This document shows, piece by piece, positions 1 through 9,003 of a stretch of DNA of 64,000 nt (its first letter is position 1; each line of letters starts with the position of its first letter). The position numbers were made by a program, and so were the translations under genes. The notes below the pieces were generated by a model. That model searched no databases. It had not been told where the DNA came from and was given only the letters and a program-made list of their open reading frames with translations. Source of the DNA: Planctomycetota bacterium (lineage in GTDB: Bacteria; Planctomycetota; JAJSAM01; JAJVHW01); assembly GCA_021776825.1 (NCBI GenBank), contig JAJFFG010000128.1, positions 353 to 64,352 on the forward strand, written 5' to 3'.

Positions 1-361
1 CGCGGCGGCGATCGCTCCTGATCCGACACTGCCGTCAACCCCTACCTCGCCGCCCAGCGGGCGTCCACTTGGCGCGTGGTAGGTAGGACCGTCGACGCGT
101 CGATCGTTCGGGACGGGGGCGCTCGAGCGTTCTGGCGATTCGGCGGAGCAACCGTCGCCATCACCGCGCGGCTGCGCCCGACGTCCCGGCGCCGTGGCTC
201 CTGAGGGCAGACCGCGCGCGCCGAGACCCTCGACGCGTTCGGCGGCTGGTCCTTCGCGGTCCAGCTGGCGCTCGCCTACCTGGTGGGAGACGCGGGGCAC
301 TCCGGTTAGCGTGAGGCGCTGCCCGCGTCACCGGACCCTTCGGCGCGGGAGGGGAGACCGC

Positions 362-3265
362 ATGCGCCCGTTGTTCCGTCTTGTCGCTGCACTCGTCACC
401 GCCGTCACGATCACGGTCGGCTCCGCGACGCTCATCGAGGGCGTCCACGCCGACGACGGCAGTGGGCGCGAGTGGAACCAGATCCGCGGCGGAGCCGCTC
501 GCGACGGCTGGACGGCGCTGGCCCCCCTCAGCTCGGAGCCGACGATCGCGTGGCGCTCCGAGCTTCCCGGCCCGATCCTCTGCGAGCCGGTCACCTGGGC
601 CGGCACCTGCTACGTGATTGCCAAGGACAAGAAGGACATGCAGCTCATCGCGCTGCACGCCCGGACCGGCAAGGAGCTGACGCGCCGCAAGCTGAAGAAG
701 AGCACCTGGGCGCACGCGGCGACCTGGCAGGGACGCGTGATCGTCTGCAAGGAGGGCACCCTCGAGAGCTACCCGCTGAAGGATGGGAAGCTCGGCTCGC
801 CCTGGCGCAAGAAGGGCGACTTCGCGGGCGCGCCGCTCGTCTACGCGGGCCACGTGTTCGTGCGCGACGGCCGGGAGATCAAGGTCTTCGAGGCGAACCG
901 TGGCAAGGAGCTCGCGTCGACGGCGTGGCTGCCGAAGGACGACGACGAGAAGCAGTTCATGGGCTTCGCCATGCTCACCGTGCGCGAGACGGACAAGGAC
1001 GTGACCGTCGCCGGCGCGTACCACTCGGCGAAGGACGGCAAGCTCTACCTGCACACACACAAGGTGAGCGGCCTCGGCACGAAGAAGGTGTCGCTCGGCA
1101 TCGCGATCCCGCGCGAGCTCATGCCGCTCAAGGCGACGCGGGACCCGGAGTTTCAGCGCAAGGCCATCCTGGGCTGGTTCAAGGACGACCTGAGCACGTC
1201 GTGGCTCTTCACGGCGCCCGTCGGCGCCGGAGCGAGCAAGTGGGCCGGCAGCATGGCCGTGCACGTGACCGAGACGCGGAAGAAGAAGCAGTCGTCGATC
1301 TCCACGTTGCCCGCGGCCATGGGTGGCGAAGCGTTCGGATTTGGCTCCGACACCTCGCTCTATCGCCTGAGCGCGAAACGGAAGGAACGGTCGCTCACCG
1401 AACGCGGATCGCTGCCCCAGGGCGCGCGTCCCGGCCCGGCTGTGGCGTCCAGCGGAGTCGTCTGCTTCGGGAACTGGGCGATGGAGATCGAGAGCGGCCG
1501 CACGATGTGGTGCCTGCCCGACCTGCCGGAGATCCAGACCGTGACGCCCGTGGCGGACGGCTTCGTGCTGCTCGGGACGGAGACGAACGAGCTGGTCTGC
1601 CTGGCCGAGCCGGATCGCATCGTGTCGCAAGCCGAGGGCGACGACGCCACGGCCGCGACAGGTTCGGAGACCGGTCCGCCGCCACCGGCCGAGGGCGACG
1701 GCGTGCTGCTCGCCGACGGTCGCAAGATCACAGGTACGGCCGAGCTCAACCCCGACGAGGACGCGTTTCGCGTCACCCCGGCCGACGGTGAGGCCTTCGA
1801 GGTCTCGATCGACGAAGTGGCCCTGATCGAGGTCGACGGGGAGGTCGAGTGGAACGGCGAGGAGCCGGCGGTCCTGCGTGCGTGGCAGACCGTGATCGAC
1901 GGAGTGTTCGCTCGCGGACTGCTCGAGACGTTCGAGCTCTATCGCAAGGAGCGGCTGCTCACCGAGTGCCGGCGCGTGCTGAACGACGCGCGCACGTACG
2001 GAGCGTCGCCGCGTCTGATCGAGTCGCTCGAAGCGGGCCTGACGGGCAAGACCGAGAACCCGAATCCGAAGCTGAAGATGAAGCGCCTCCGACCGGAGGA
2101 GACAAAGCGCCGCAAGGCCGCCGTCGACCAGGTCTTCACCGCAATCGACTGGTGCAAGGAACGCGACTACGGTGGTGCCGCCACGGCCCTCCTGCAGTAC
2201 GCCTCGCGCGAGAAGGTCGACCCCGCTCGCGTCGAGTCGACGGCGAAGGAGTTGATCCCCGAGAGCTTCCCCTGGGCCGACGCGGACGACGCGTCGAAGC
2301 GGTGGATCACCTGGGCCAACGAGATCGTGCCGGCCGGAGGCGAGTTCCTCCACAAGAGCTCGGGCCACTGGAACCACGCGAAGCGGGCGCCGTGGAACGA
2401 GGACACGATCGCTCTCGTCACGAAGAACATGCTCCTGTTCTCGCGCACCGACGATCTGCGCGTCGTGGGCATGTGCCTCAGGACCGGTGAAGGCACGGTG
2501 CGCGCGCTCGAGAACATCCTCGGCAAGGGCGCGGCCAACCTGCGGCTGCCCCTACAGGTGAAGCTCCACAAGAACCGCAAGGACTACCTCGAGGAGAAGA
2601 CCCCGCACGGATCGGCGATGCCGTGGAGCGCGGGCTACTACTCCCCCGCCGAGAACGTCTCACGCTTCTACGTGCCGGACCCCGCGCGCAGTGTGGAGCC
2701 GCTCGGCCGCGGTCTGTCGAAGACGCTCGCGCACGAGATGACGCACCACTGGCTCTCGATGCGCTGGATCCCGAAGTCGGAGGCGCGCCGTCACATCGGA
2801 GTACCGGGCTACTGGATCGTGGAGGGCTTCGCGCGCTACGTCGAGGACCAGGCCGTCGAGATGGGCCGGCGCAGGGGCCGCATGGACGACACGACGGTCT
2901 CCTCCCTCGACGCGACGTCGCAGGTGGCGAAGCAGGAGAAGCTCTGGAGCGTGCCCGAGCTGCTCGAGATGAACCAGGCGGCGTTCGCGAAGATCCCGGA
3001 GGAGCGCGTCGCGGTCGTCGAGCTGCGCAACACCGTCGGCAACCGCGTGCTCGACAAGCGGGCGCTCTTCTACGAGCAGTCCGGAAGCATGGTCTTCTTC
3101 ATGATGACGATGCGGGGCGAAGAGGGCCGGGACGCGCTCATCAAGTACATGCGCCTCCACTACACGGGGCGCTCGCCCTCGGACCCGGCGGACCGCTTCG
3201 GCTTCGACGACGGGAAGGCGCTGCACGCCGCGTTCGAGACGTTCCTCCGGTCGCTGCTCGAGTAG
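362..3265 (+). CDS. Secreted multidomain protein: signal peptide, PQQ-like beta-propeller, C-terminal HExxH...EGFA gluzincin-like (DUF1570-like) domain
   Basis: ATG at 362 (codon 57 of ORF 194..3265) followed by hydrophobic signal MRPLFRLVAALVTAVTITVGSA. Repeated W/G propeller-like motifs. HEMTHH at the C-terminus with EGFARYVE about 25 aa downstream. Confidence 0.7.
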   Translation: MRPLFRLVAALVTAVTITVGSATLIEGVHADDGSGREWNQIRGGAARDGWTALAPLSSEPTIAWRSELPGPILCEPVTWAGTCYVIAKDKKDMQLIALHARTGKELTRRKLKKSTWAHAATWQGRVIVCKEGTLESYPLKDGKLGSPWRKKGDFAGAPLVYAGHVFVRDGREIKVFEANRGKELASTAWLPKDDDEKQFMGFAMLTVRETDKDVTVAGAYHSAKDGKLYLHTHKVSGLGTKKVSLGIAIPRELMPLKATRDPEFQRKAILGWFKDDLSTSWLFTAPVGAGASKWAGSMAVHVTETRKKKQSSISTLPAAMGGEAFGFGSDTSLYRLSAKRKERSLTERGSLPQGARPGPAVASSGVVCFGNWAMEIESGRTMWCLPDLPEIQTVTPVADGFVLLGTETNELVCLAEPDRIVSQAEGDDATAATGSETGPPPPAEGDGVLLADGRKITGTAELNPDEDAFRVTPADGEAFEVSIDEVALIEVDGEVEWNGEEPAVLRAWQTVIDGVFARGLLETFELYRKERLLTECRRVLNDARTYGASPRLIESLEAGLTGKTENPNPKLKMKRLRPEETKRRKAAVDQVFTAIDWCKERDYGGAATALLQYASREKVDPARVESTAKELIPESFPWADADDASKRWITWANEIVPAGGEFLHKSSGHWNHAKRAPWNEDTIALVTKNMLLFSRTDDLRVVGMCLRTGEGTVRALENILGKGAANLRLPLQVKLHKNRKDYLEEKTPHGSAMPWSAGYYSPAENVSRFYVPDPARSVEPLGRGLSKTLAHEMTHHWLSMRWIPKSEARRHIGVPGYWIVEGFARYVEDQAVEMGRRRGRMDDTTVSSLDATSQVAKQEKLWSVPELLEMNQAAFAKIPEERVAVVELRNTVGNRVLDKRALFYEQSGSMVFFMMTMRGEEGRDALIKYMRLHYTGRSPSDPADRFGFDDGKALHAAFETFLRSLLE

Positions 3266-3271
3266 TCGCGG

Positions 3272-4201
3272 ATGACTCGGCGATCTCCCTTCGGCTGCGC
3301 GACGGTCGCGCTGCTGTGCGTGGCCGCGGTCGCGTGTACGCGGACGCCCGGCACGACCGACCCGCTCCCGCAACCAACGCCACTCCCGCAGCTCTCGCCG
3401 CCCGAGACGCCGGTGCGCTATCGCCAGTCATTCACCGTTCCGGCCGCGTCCGACGCTGACCTGGCGATCCACGTCGAACAGACCGTGCTCGTGACCCACG
3501 CGGGATCGAAGGCGACGGTGAGGTACGAGGACGTTGCCGTGTGGCTGCAAGGGAAGTCAGGCCCCCCGGCGTGGCGCCACTCGGCTCCGGCGGCTGACCC
3601 GGAGGCCGAGCTCGAGCTCGAACTCGAGCTTGCCGAGACGTGGGGCTTCATGGGCGGGCTGGAGCTCGAGGTGACGCTCGACGATCGGGCACGCGTGGCT
3701 CGCGTCGAGGGGCTGAACGCGTCCGTCGCGGCGCTCGACGGGCTGCGGGACCCCATGTTCAGGGCGTCACTTCTCGAGGGTGCCCTCGCGCGGCCAGAAC
3801 TGTTGTGGCTCCCGCTGGACGGAGCCACGAGCGATGCACCGCGCTATCGGTTTCCGGCCCCCCTCTGGGGCCCGCGGGTCGAGGTCCCGGTGGAGCTGAC
3901 CCCCACCGTGACACGCGCCGATGCCATCGACATCGCGTTTGGCGGGACACCCGAAGTCCTGCGCGAGTGGTCGCCAAGCGCCGCTGCGGACCGGCGCGGG
4001 TTCGCGTCGGAACGCGCCGACCGCACGCAGCGCCTCGCGACGGCGACGCTGTCGTCGGGGGTGTTCTCCGGTGGTGCATCGATCGATCGTGCGACGGGAA
4101 TGCCGTCCACGATCTCGTGGACGCTCGCCGTCGACATTGCGTACGGCGACGGTTCGACCGACACGGCAGAGCTCGTCTACACCCTCGAGCGCATCGAGTG
4201 A
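3272..4201 (+). CDS. Putative lipoprotein (hypothetical)
   Basis: N-terminal signal with a lipobox-like VAAVAC. ELELELEL acidic tract. Starts 6 nt after the upstream gene, so likely co-transcribed. Confidence 0.55.
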   Translation: MTRRSPFGCATVALLCVAAVACTRTPGTTDPLPQPTPLPQLSPPETPVRYRQSFTVPAASDADLAIHVEQTVLVTHAGSKATVRYEDVAVWLQGKSGPPAWRHSAPAADPEAELELELELAETWGFMGGLELEVTLDDRARVARVEGLNASVAALDGLRDPMFRASLLEGALARPELLWLPLDGATSDAPRYRFPAPLWGPRVEVPVELTPTVTRADAIDIAFGGTPEVLREWSPSAAADRRGFASERADRTQRLATATLSSGVFSGGASIDRATGMPSTISWTLAVDIAYGDGSTDTAELVYTLERIE

Positions 4202-5145
4202 CCGACGCGCCGTCGCGGTGGACTCGTGTCCGCCGGCGGCTGCCGTTCGCGATGCTCATCGCTGCGGCCATCGCCATCGCCCTGCGCCTCACCGTGCGCG
4301 ACGGCATCGACCTGCTCGCTCCGTTCGTCCACGGCACTCCGCCTGCCGTGTGCGCCGGGGCCGCCGCCGTGGCGGGCCTGCTCCTGCTCCAGGACCGTCG
4401 ACGCCGCTGGGCGGCGGCGGCCGTGACGATCGCCGTCGGTCTGGCGGTCTGGCACCTCGCCGTGATGCACGTCATCGCCATCCGGCCACCGGCGCCGGAC
4501 GGCGCAGCTCGCGTCGTCGTTTGGAACGTCCGTCACGGCAAGCACGGCTTCGCCTCCATCGAGGACGAGCTCATCGACCTCGACCCCGACGTCATCGGGC
4601 TCATCGAGGGCGGTGACGACTCCGACCGACGCCGCGCCGCGTGGGCTGCCGCGTTCCCCGACCACGAGGCGTTCTACGGGAAGAGCGGCCTGATCCTGCT
4701 CGTGCGTGGCGCCATCGTCCGCTCTCGCGTCGAGCGCCTGGGCGACGAAGGACGGGCGATCGTCGCTGAGCTCGTCGTCGGATCTCAGCGCGTCCGCGTG
4801 GTGCTGGTCGACGTGAAGACCGATCGGTTCGACCCGCGTGGGCCCGTGTTCGAGGCGTTGGAGTCTCTCGTGGCCGCGCTGCCGGATGGCCCGCTGCTCG
4901 TCGCTGGCGACTTCAACACGCCGCACAACTCGGTGCACTTCGATCGATGGCGGAACGAGCTCAACCTCACGCACGCGTTCGAGTCGGCGGGGATCGCCGG
5001 CCGCGCCACGTGGCCGGATCCGTTCCCGGTCATCGAGATCGACCACGCGTGGGTGAACGGGAGCCTCTCCGTCCATCGCTGCCGCCACCCGGACGTCGCG
5101 TCGTCGGATCATCGGCCGGTCGTGTTCGATGTCGCGGTGAGGTGA
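4198..5145 (+). CDS. Membrane-anchored endonuclease/exonuclease/phosphatase (EEP) family protein
   Basis: GTG 4198 overlaps the upstream stop (GTGA). Two N-terminal TM helices, then an EEP-type fold with motifs VVWNVRHG...LVAGDFNTPH...SDHRPVVFD. Confidence 0.6.
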   Translation: MTDAPSRWTRVRRRLPFAMLIAAAIAIALRLTVRDGIDLLAPFVHGTPPAVCAGAAAVAGLLLLQDRRRRWAAAAVTIAVGLAVWHLAVMHVIAIRPPAPDGAARVVVWNVRHGKHGFASIEDELIDLDPDVIGLIEGGDDSDRRRAAWAAAFPDHEAFYGKSGLILLVRGAIVRSRVERLGDEGRAIVAELVVGSQRVRVVLVDVKTDRFDPRGPVFEALESLVAALPDGPLLVAGDFNTPHNSVHFDRWRNELNLTHAFESAGIAGRATWPDPFPVIEIDHAWVNGSLSVHRCRHPDVASSDHRPVVFDVAVR

Positions 5146-5213
5146 CTGGGCTGGATTGGGCTGGACGGAGCCGCAGCACAGGAACGGGTCTCGTCCGTTA
5201 CAAGACGGGATAG

Positions 5214-6758
5214 ATGCGCGTCCGCTCCGTTCTGATCGTCACGCTGCTCGGGCTGCTCCTGGCGGCGGTGCTGAGCGCCGTCGTGATCAGCCTGGGGGGC
5301 AACGAGCCCGGTGACCGCGACCCGCTAGTGGGCGGGAAGGGTGGTGCGGGCTCATCGGGCGTTGGGCCCGCGGAGCCCGCACGGCGAGGGGGCTCACAGC
5401 GCGGTGGGCCGGCGGAGCCCGCTGGCGACGCGAGAACGCAACCAGAGCCGGACGAGCCACCGGCACGCGCCCCGGAGACCTTCCCCGTCGCGGGCCGCGT
5501 CACCGACGCACGCGGGCGGGGTCTCGAGCGCGCCACGGTCGAGGTCGCTGGTCAGCGAGTGACGACGGACGGCCAAGGCCGCTTCAACATCCCGGGCGTC
5601 GCCGTCGGACGCCAGACCGTCACGGCGTGGGCCAAAGGCTACCTCCTCAAGTCCGTCGACATTCGCGTGCCGGATGCCTCCCAGGAGCTGCGCCTCTCGT
5701 CGTTCCGCACCGCGAGCGGCATCGTGAGGTTCCCGGACGGCGAGCCGGCGGCTGGCGTGCGCGTGGTCGTCAGTACGCGTGTCAGAGGCGAGTCGTTCGC
5801 GGTCGAAACGACGACCGACGCGGAGGGTCGCTACACGGTCGAACGGATGCCGCCCGGACGGCTTCACGTCCAGGTCGAGTCGTTCAAGCGCGACGGTACG
5901 CCATTCGTCCGGACGCACGGAAAGCGGGCGGGGACGCACGCCGAGGTCACTCTGCGCGAGGGCACGCTCTTCCTCGGTCGCGTGCTCGCGCCAGACGGGT
6001 CACCGGTCGCCGGCGCCGCGGTGTCGGTGCTGGCGTCCCGCGACAAGTCGTCGGGCGTTGCGCACAGTGCGACGAGCGACGAAGAGGGGCACTTCGAGCT
6101 GATCGTCCGGACGGGGACGCGCTACTCGCTCCACGTCGAGACGCCGACCGACGATGTGACGGGGTGGCGCTTTCCACGCTGGTTCCGACACGAGGTGACG
6201 GGCGGCGGCGAGGCGGTGGAGGCTGTCCTCGAAGCTGGCCACGAGATCGCGGGGCGCGTCACGGGATCGATCGGGGCCGTCGCGGGACGCAAGCTCGACG
6301 TGTATCGCGTGGCGGGCAACAACCGTGGCTTCCTCACCCGCGCCACGATCCAGGCGGACGGTACGTTCCGCGTCGGTGGCCTCTGGAAGGCCAAGTACGA
6401 GCTGCGTCTCGAGAAGACGGACGACAACGACCCGTGGATCATCGTTCGCCCGCGCGTCTTCTCGACGGGGACCAACGACGCGGCCCCGAAGGTCGTCCGC
6501 GGCCGCCCGATCTCCGGCGTGCTCGTCGACGCGGACGGCGTCGCGATGGAGGCGGCGTGGCTGCAGGTCGTCTCGATGGTGAACGAGGGCACCCGCCGCG
6601 CGAAGACCGACGCCAACGGTCGCTTCACGTTCGGCCTGCTCCCACCCGGCACCTGGGAGCTACGGCTGCTGGGCCGGAAGACGGGACCGGTCGCGATCGG
6701 GAAGTTCGAAGCCGGCGTGACGGGATTGCGGGCGGAGGCACCGGCCGACTCGCCGTAG
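5214..6758 (+). CDS. Signal-anchored protein with about 4 carboxypeptidase-regulatory-like (CarboxypepD_reg) beta-sandwich domains
   Basis: TM anchor MRVRSVLIVTLLGLLLAAVL. Repeated G(R/T)V.D..G.P...A.V.V...TDA.GRF motifs. Paralogous to the three tandem genes at 12.5-17.7 kb. Confidence 0.7.
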   Translation: MRVRSVLIVTLLGLLLAAVLSAVVISLGGNEPGDRDPLVGGKGGAGSSGVGPAEPARRGGSQRGGPAEPAGDARTQPEPDEPPARAPETFPVAGRVTDARGRGLERATVEVAGQRVTTDGQGRFNIPGVAVGRQTVTAWAKGYLLKSVDIRVPDASQELRLSSFRTASGIVRFPDGEPAAGVRVVVSTRVRGESFAVETTTDAEGRYTVERMPPGRLHVQVESFKRDGTPFVRTHGKRAGTHAEVTLREGTLFLGRVLAPDGSPVAGAAVSVLASRDKSSGVAHSATSDEEGHFELIVRTGTRYSLHVETPTDDVTGWRFPRWFRHEVTGGGEAVEAVLEAGHEIAGRVTGSIGAVAGRKLDVYRVAGNNRGFLTRATIQADGTFRVGGLWKAKYELRLEKTDDNDPWIIVRPRVFSTGTNDAAPKVVRGRPISGVLVDADGVAMEAAWLQVVSMVNEGTRRAKTDANGRFTFGLLPPGTWELRLLGRKTGPVAIGKFEAGVTGLRAEAPADSP

Positions 6759-6784
6759 GGGCGGACCCCCCGGTCCGCCCCGCC
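6759..6784 (+). terminator. GC-rich hairpin immediately after the stop codon (intrinsic-terminator-like, no U tract)
   Basis: GGGGCGGACCCCCCGGTCCGCCCC is a perfect 9-bp stem with a 6-nt loop, starting 1 nt after the TAG. Confidence 0.4.
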
Positions 6785-6804
6785 GACACGCGCCGCTCGG
6801 TCCA

Positions 6805-7025
6805 GGCAGGTGGATGGCGGACGGCGAGCGACGCGGGCGATCCGCACGGCGCCCGGCGAGAGACATCGCCACGCGACACCACGGCTGTAACGCCGTCGAC
6901 CGGGAGCCATCCGGATCGCCGGGAACGAACGACGAGCGCCGTCCACCCCATCGCCCGCGCGCACCCCAGCGGGCGGGGGGATCAGGAGATCCGCCCGTAC
7001 GAGGGCACTCGCATCGTCGACGGGG
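6805..7025. repeat. Intergenic direct repeat copy A (about 210 bp), ending in a GC hairpin
   Basis: Shares blocks gatccgcacNgcgccNggcgagag.catcgcc.cgcga / aacgccgtcgaccgg.agcc / cgcgcaccccagcgggcgggg with copy B. Confidence 0.6.
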
Positions 7026-7094
7026 GTGTCGTAGGGGTGGGTCTCCTGACCCACCCGCGCCGACGCGGGACCGCGCGGGCGATGTTGGTGGCTG

Positions 7095-7300
7095 GCGCAC
7101 GCGAGCGATGACCGCGATCCGCACCGCGCCGGGCGAGAGCCATCGCCCCGCGATCGATCAGCGCGCACATGGCGTCACGGCAGCAACGCCGTCGACCGGT
7201 AGCCGGCCGGATCACCGCGCCCGTCCGCCAAGCGCCGTCGGCCCCAACCGCCCGAGCGCACCCCAGCGGGCGGGGCGGACCAGGGGGTCCGCCCCTACGG
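7095..7300. repeat. Intergenic direct repeat copy B (about 205 bp, roughly 75-80% identical to copy A), ending in hairpin GGGGCGGACCAGGGGGTCCGCCCC
   Basis: By-eye alignment with 6805-7025. Confidence 0.6.
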
Positions 7301-7738
7301 CGCCGTTGACGAAGCGGACCCGTCGGAACGGAGGAGACCAAGCGCCTCCGGATCCCCACCCGGGGCGGGGCGGTTGCGCGTGAGCGCAAGCGCCGTGACG
7401 CGGGGAATGTGTGCGCGGAGGTCCTCGACCGGCGCCGATGGCCCTCGTCAGACGCGTGACGAGACCGAGCACACACCAGACAGCAACAGAGGGCGCGGCG
7501 ATTGCCGCATGTCCAGAGCTGCGTCACCAACCTGCCGCCCTGCAATCGCCGTGACCACCAACGAATCCGCTCAAGCGTACCGCTGTACTAGCCCGATAGG
7601 ACGGTCAGCCCCGGGGGAAGTGCCCCCGGGGATCCCCCACGGGGGGGGAAGAGCCCCCCCGCTGCCGAGGAGCCGACCATCCAGATCCACGTCGACCCGA
7701 AGGGCCCCACTCCTCCGAGTGAGCAGATCGCCGATCAG

Positions 7739-8071
7739 ATGCGATTCGCCGTCTCGAGTGGCCGCCTGACCGCGGGCGACAAGCTCCCCTCCGTGCGGAA
7801 GCTCGCCGCACAGGCTCTCGTGAACCCCAACACCGTCGCTCGCGCGTATCGAGAACTCGAGCGCGAGGGCACGGTGGAAACGCGTCCCGGATCCGGCGTC
7901 TTCGTCGCCCGGGATGCCTCGCGTCGCTGCCAACGGCAGACACGCAATCTTCTCTCGGAGCGAATTGGCCGTGCCGTCGAGGAAGCCCTCGCGGCCGGCC
8001 TCGCTCCCCACGAGATCGAAGAGATGGTCGGTCAGCTGCTCCACCGCGCCCCCCAGGAGTCGATCCGATGA
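7739..8071 (+). CDS. GntR-family (YtrA-subfamily-like) winged-helix transcriptional regulator. Annotated from the only in-frame ATG; the true N-terminus probably lies near 7620-7676
   Basis: KLPSVRKLAAQALVNPNTVARAYRELEREGTVETRPGSGVFV is a GntR HTH. The upstream in-frame sequence EEPTIQIHVDPKGPTPPSEQIADQ is the expected helix-1 but has no ATG/GTG/TTG back to the stop at 7589. The stop overlaps the ABC ATPase start (ATGA). Confidence 0.75.
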   Translation: MRFAVSSGRLTAGDKLPSVRKLAAQALVNPNTVARAYRELEREGTVETRPGSGVFVARDASRRCQRQTRNLLSERIGRAVEEALAAGLAPHEIEEMVGQLLHRAPQESIR

Positions 8072-9003
8072 CGCATGACCACGCGGACCCCATTGTCGTC
8101 CGCGCCCTCTCCCACCGTTTCGGCCGTCAGGAGATCCTGAAGGACGTGGACCTGCGCGTGCCTCGCGGCAGCGTGACCGCGCTCCTGGGTCGCAACGGCG
8201 AGGGCAAGACGACGCTCCTCCGACTCATGATCGGCTGGCTGAACGCCGCGCCCGGTCACATCCAGGTGCTGGGACTCGATCCCGCGCGCCGCGGCCCGGA
8301 CGTTCGGCGTCAGGTCGGCTACGTGCCGGACTCGCTCGAGCTGCCGAAGTGGATGCGCGTGAACGACTGGTTCCGCTTCCTCGAGCCGTTCTATCCCACG
8401 TGGAACCGGAGCGAGGAGGCGCGCCTTCTCGGCGCGCTCGACCTCGACGGGAACGCCAAGGTCACGACCCTCTCGAAGGGTCAGCGCGCCAAGCACGCCC
8501 TGATCGCCGCGCTCGCCCACGAGCCGCAGCTGCTGCTCATGGACGAGCCGTTCTCCGGCCTCGACCCGATCGTGCGGCACGAGGTTCTCTCTGCCGTCCT
8601 CGGCCATCTCAAGGACGAGGGCCGCACCGTGGTGGTCGTGTCGCACTCCATCACGGACGTCGAGCGCATCGCCGATCGCGTCGTGCTGCTCGAACAGGGC
8701 CGCGTTCGTCTGGACGCCGACTTCGAGGACCTGCAGCGCCATGCAGTGCGCCTCGCGGTCACGCTGTGGGACCCGTATGTGATCTGGTCGCCCCCGGGGC
8801 ACCCGGCCTCGGTGCGCGAGAACGAGGACGTGACGCTCACGTACATCGACTTCGACCAGCGCTACGAAGAGGCCCTCCGTAACGACCCGAGCGTGGCCTC
8901 CGTCCGCCGCGTCTCCCGCGACCTGAACGACGTCTTCCGCGCCGCCGTGGCGAACGAGTCGGCCACGCCGGCAGAGGAGGAAGCTCCGTGCGCTGCTTCC
9001 TAA
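8068..9003 (+). CDS. ABC transporter ATP-binding protein (ABC-2 / YtrB-like)
   Basis: Walker A GRNGEGKTT, signature LSKGQRAK, Walker B LLLMDEPFSGLD, H-loop VVSHS. Confidence 0.9.
   Translation: MTHDHADPIVVRALSHRFGRQEILKDVDLRVPRGSVTALLGRNGEGKTTLLRLMIGWLNAAPGHIQVLGLDPARRGPDVRRQVGYVPDSLELPKWMRVNDWFRFLEPFYPTWNRSEEARLLGALDLDGNAKVTTLSKGQRAKHALIAALAHEPQLLLMDEPFSGLDPIVRHEVLSAVLGHLKDEGRTVVVVSHSITDVERIADRVVLLEQGRVRLDADFEDLQRHAVRLAVTLWDPYVIWSPPGHPASVRENEDVTLTYIDFDQRYEEALRNDPSVASVRRVSRDLNDVFRAAVANESATPAEEEAPCAAS

Noticed and set aside
161-2377. 738-aa minus-strand ORF
   Set aside because: It lies entirely antisense to the well-supported 362-3265 gene. R/A/G/P-rich composition is typical of shadow ORFs in 70% GC DNA.
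3640-4197. N-terminal 186 aa of ORF 3640..5145
   Set aside because: Overlaps the lipoprotein gene in another frame. The EEP protein's hydrophobic N-terminus and a GTGA-coupled GTG start begin at 4198.
6122-7545. Several 150-350 aa ORFs on both strands across the repeat field
   Set aside because: All are Arg/Pro/Gly-rich and overlap each other in multiple frames. They span direct repeats and hairpins. No start/RBS context and no motifs.
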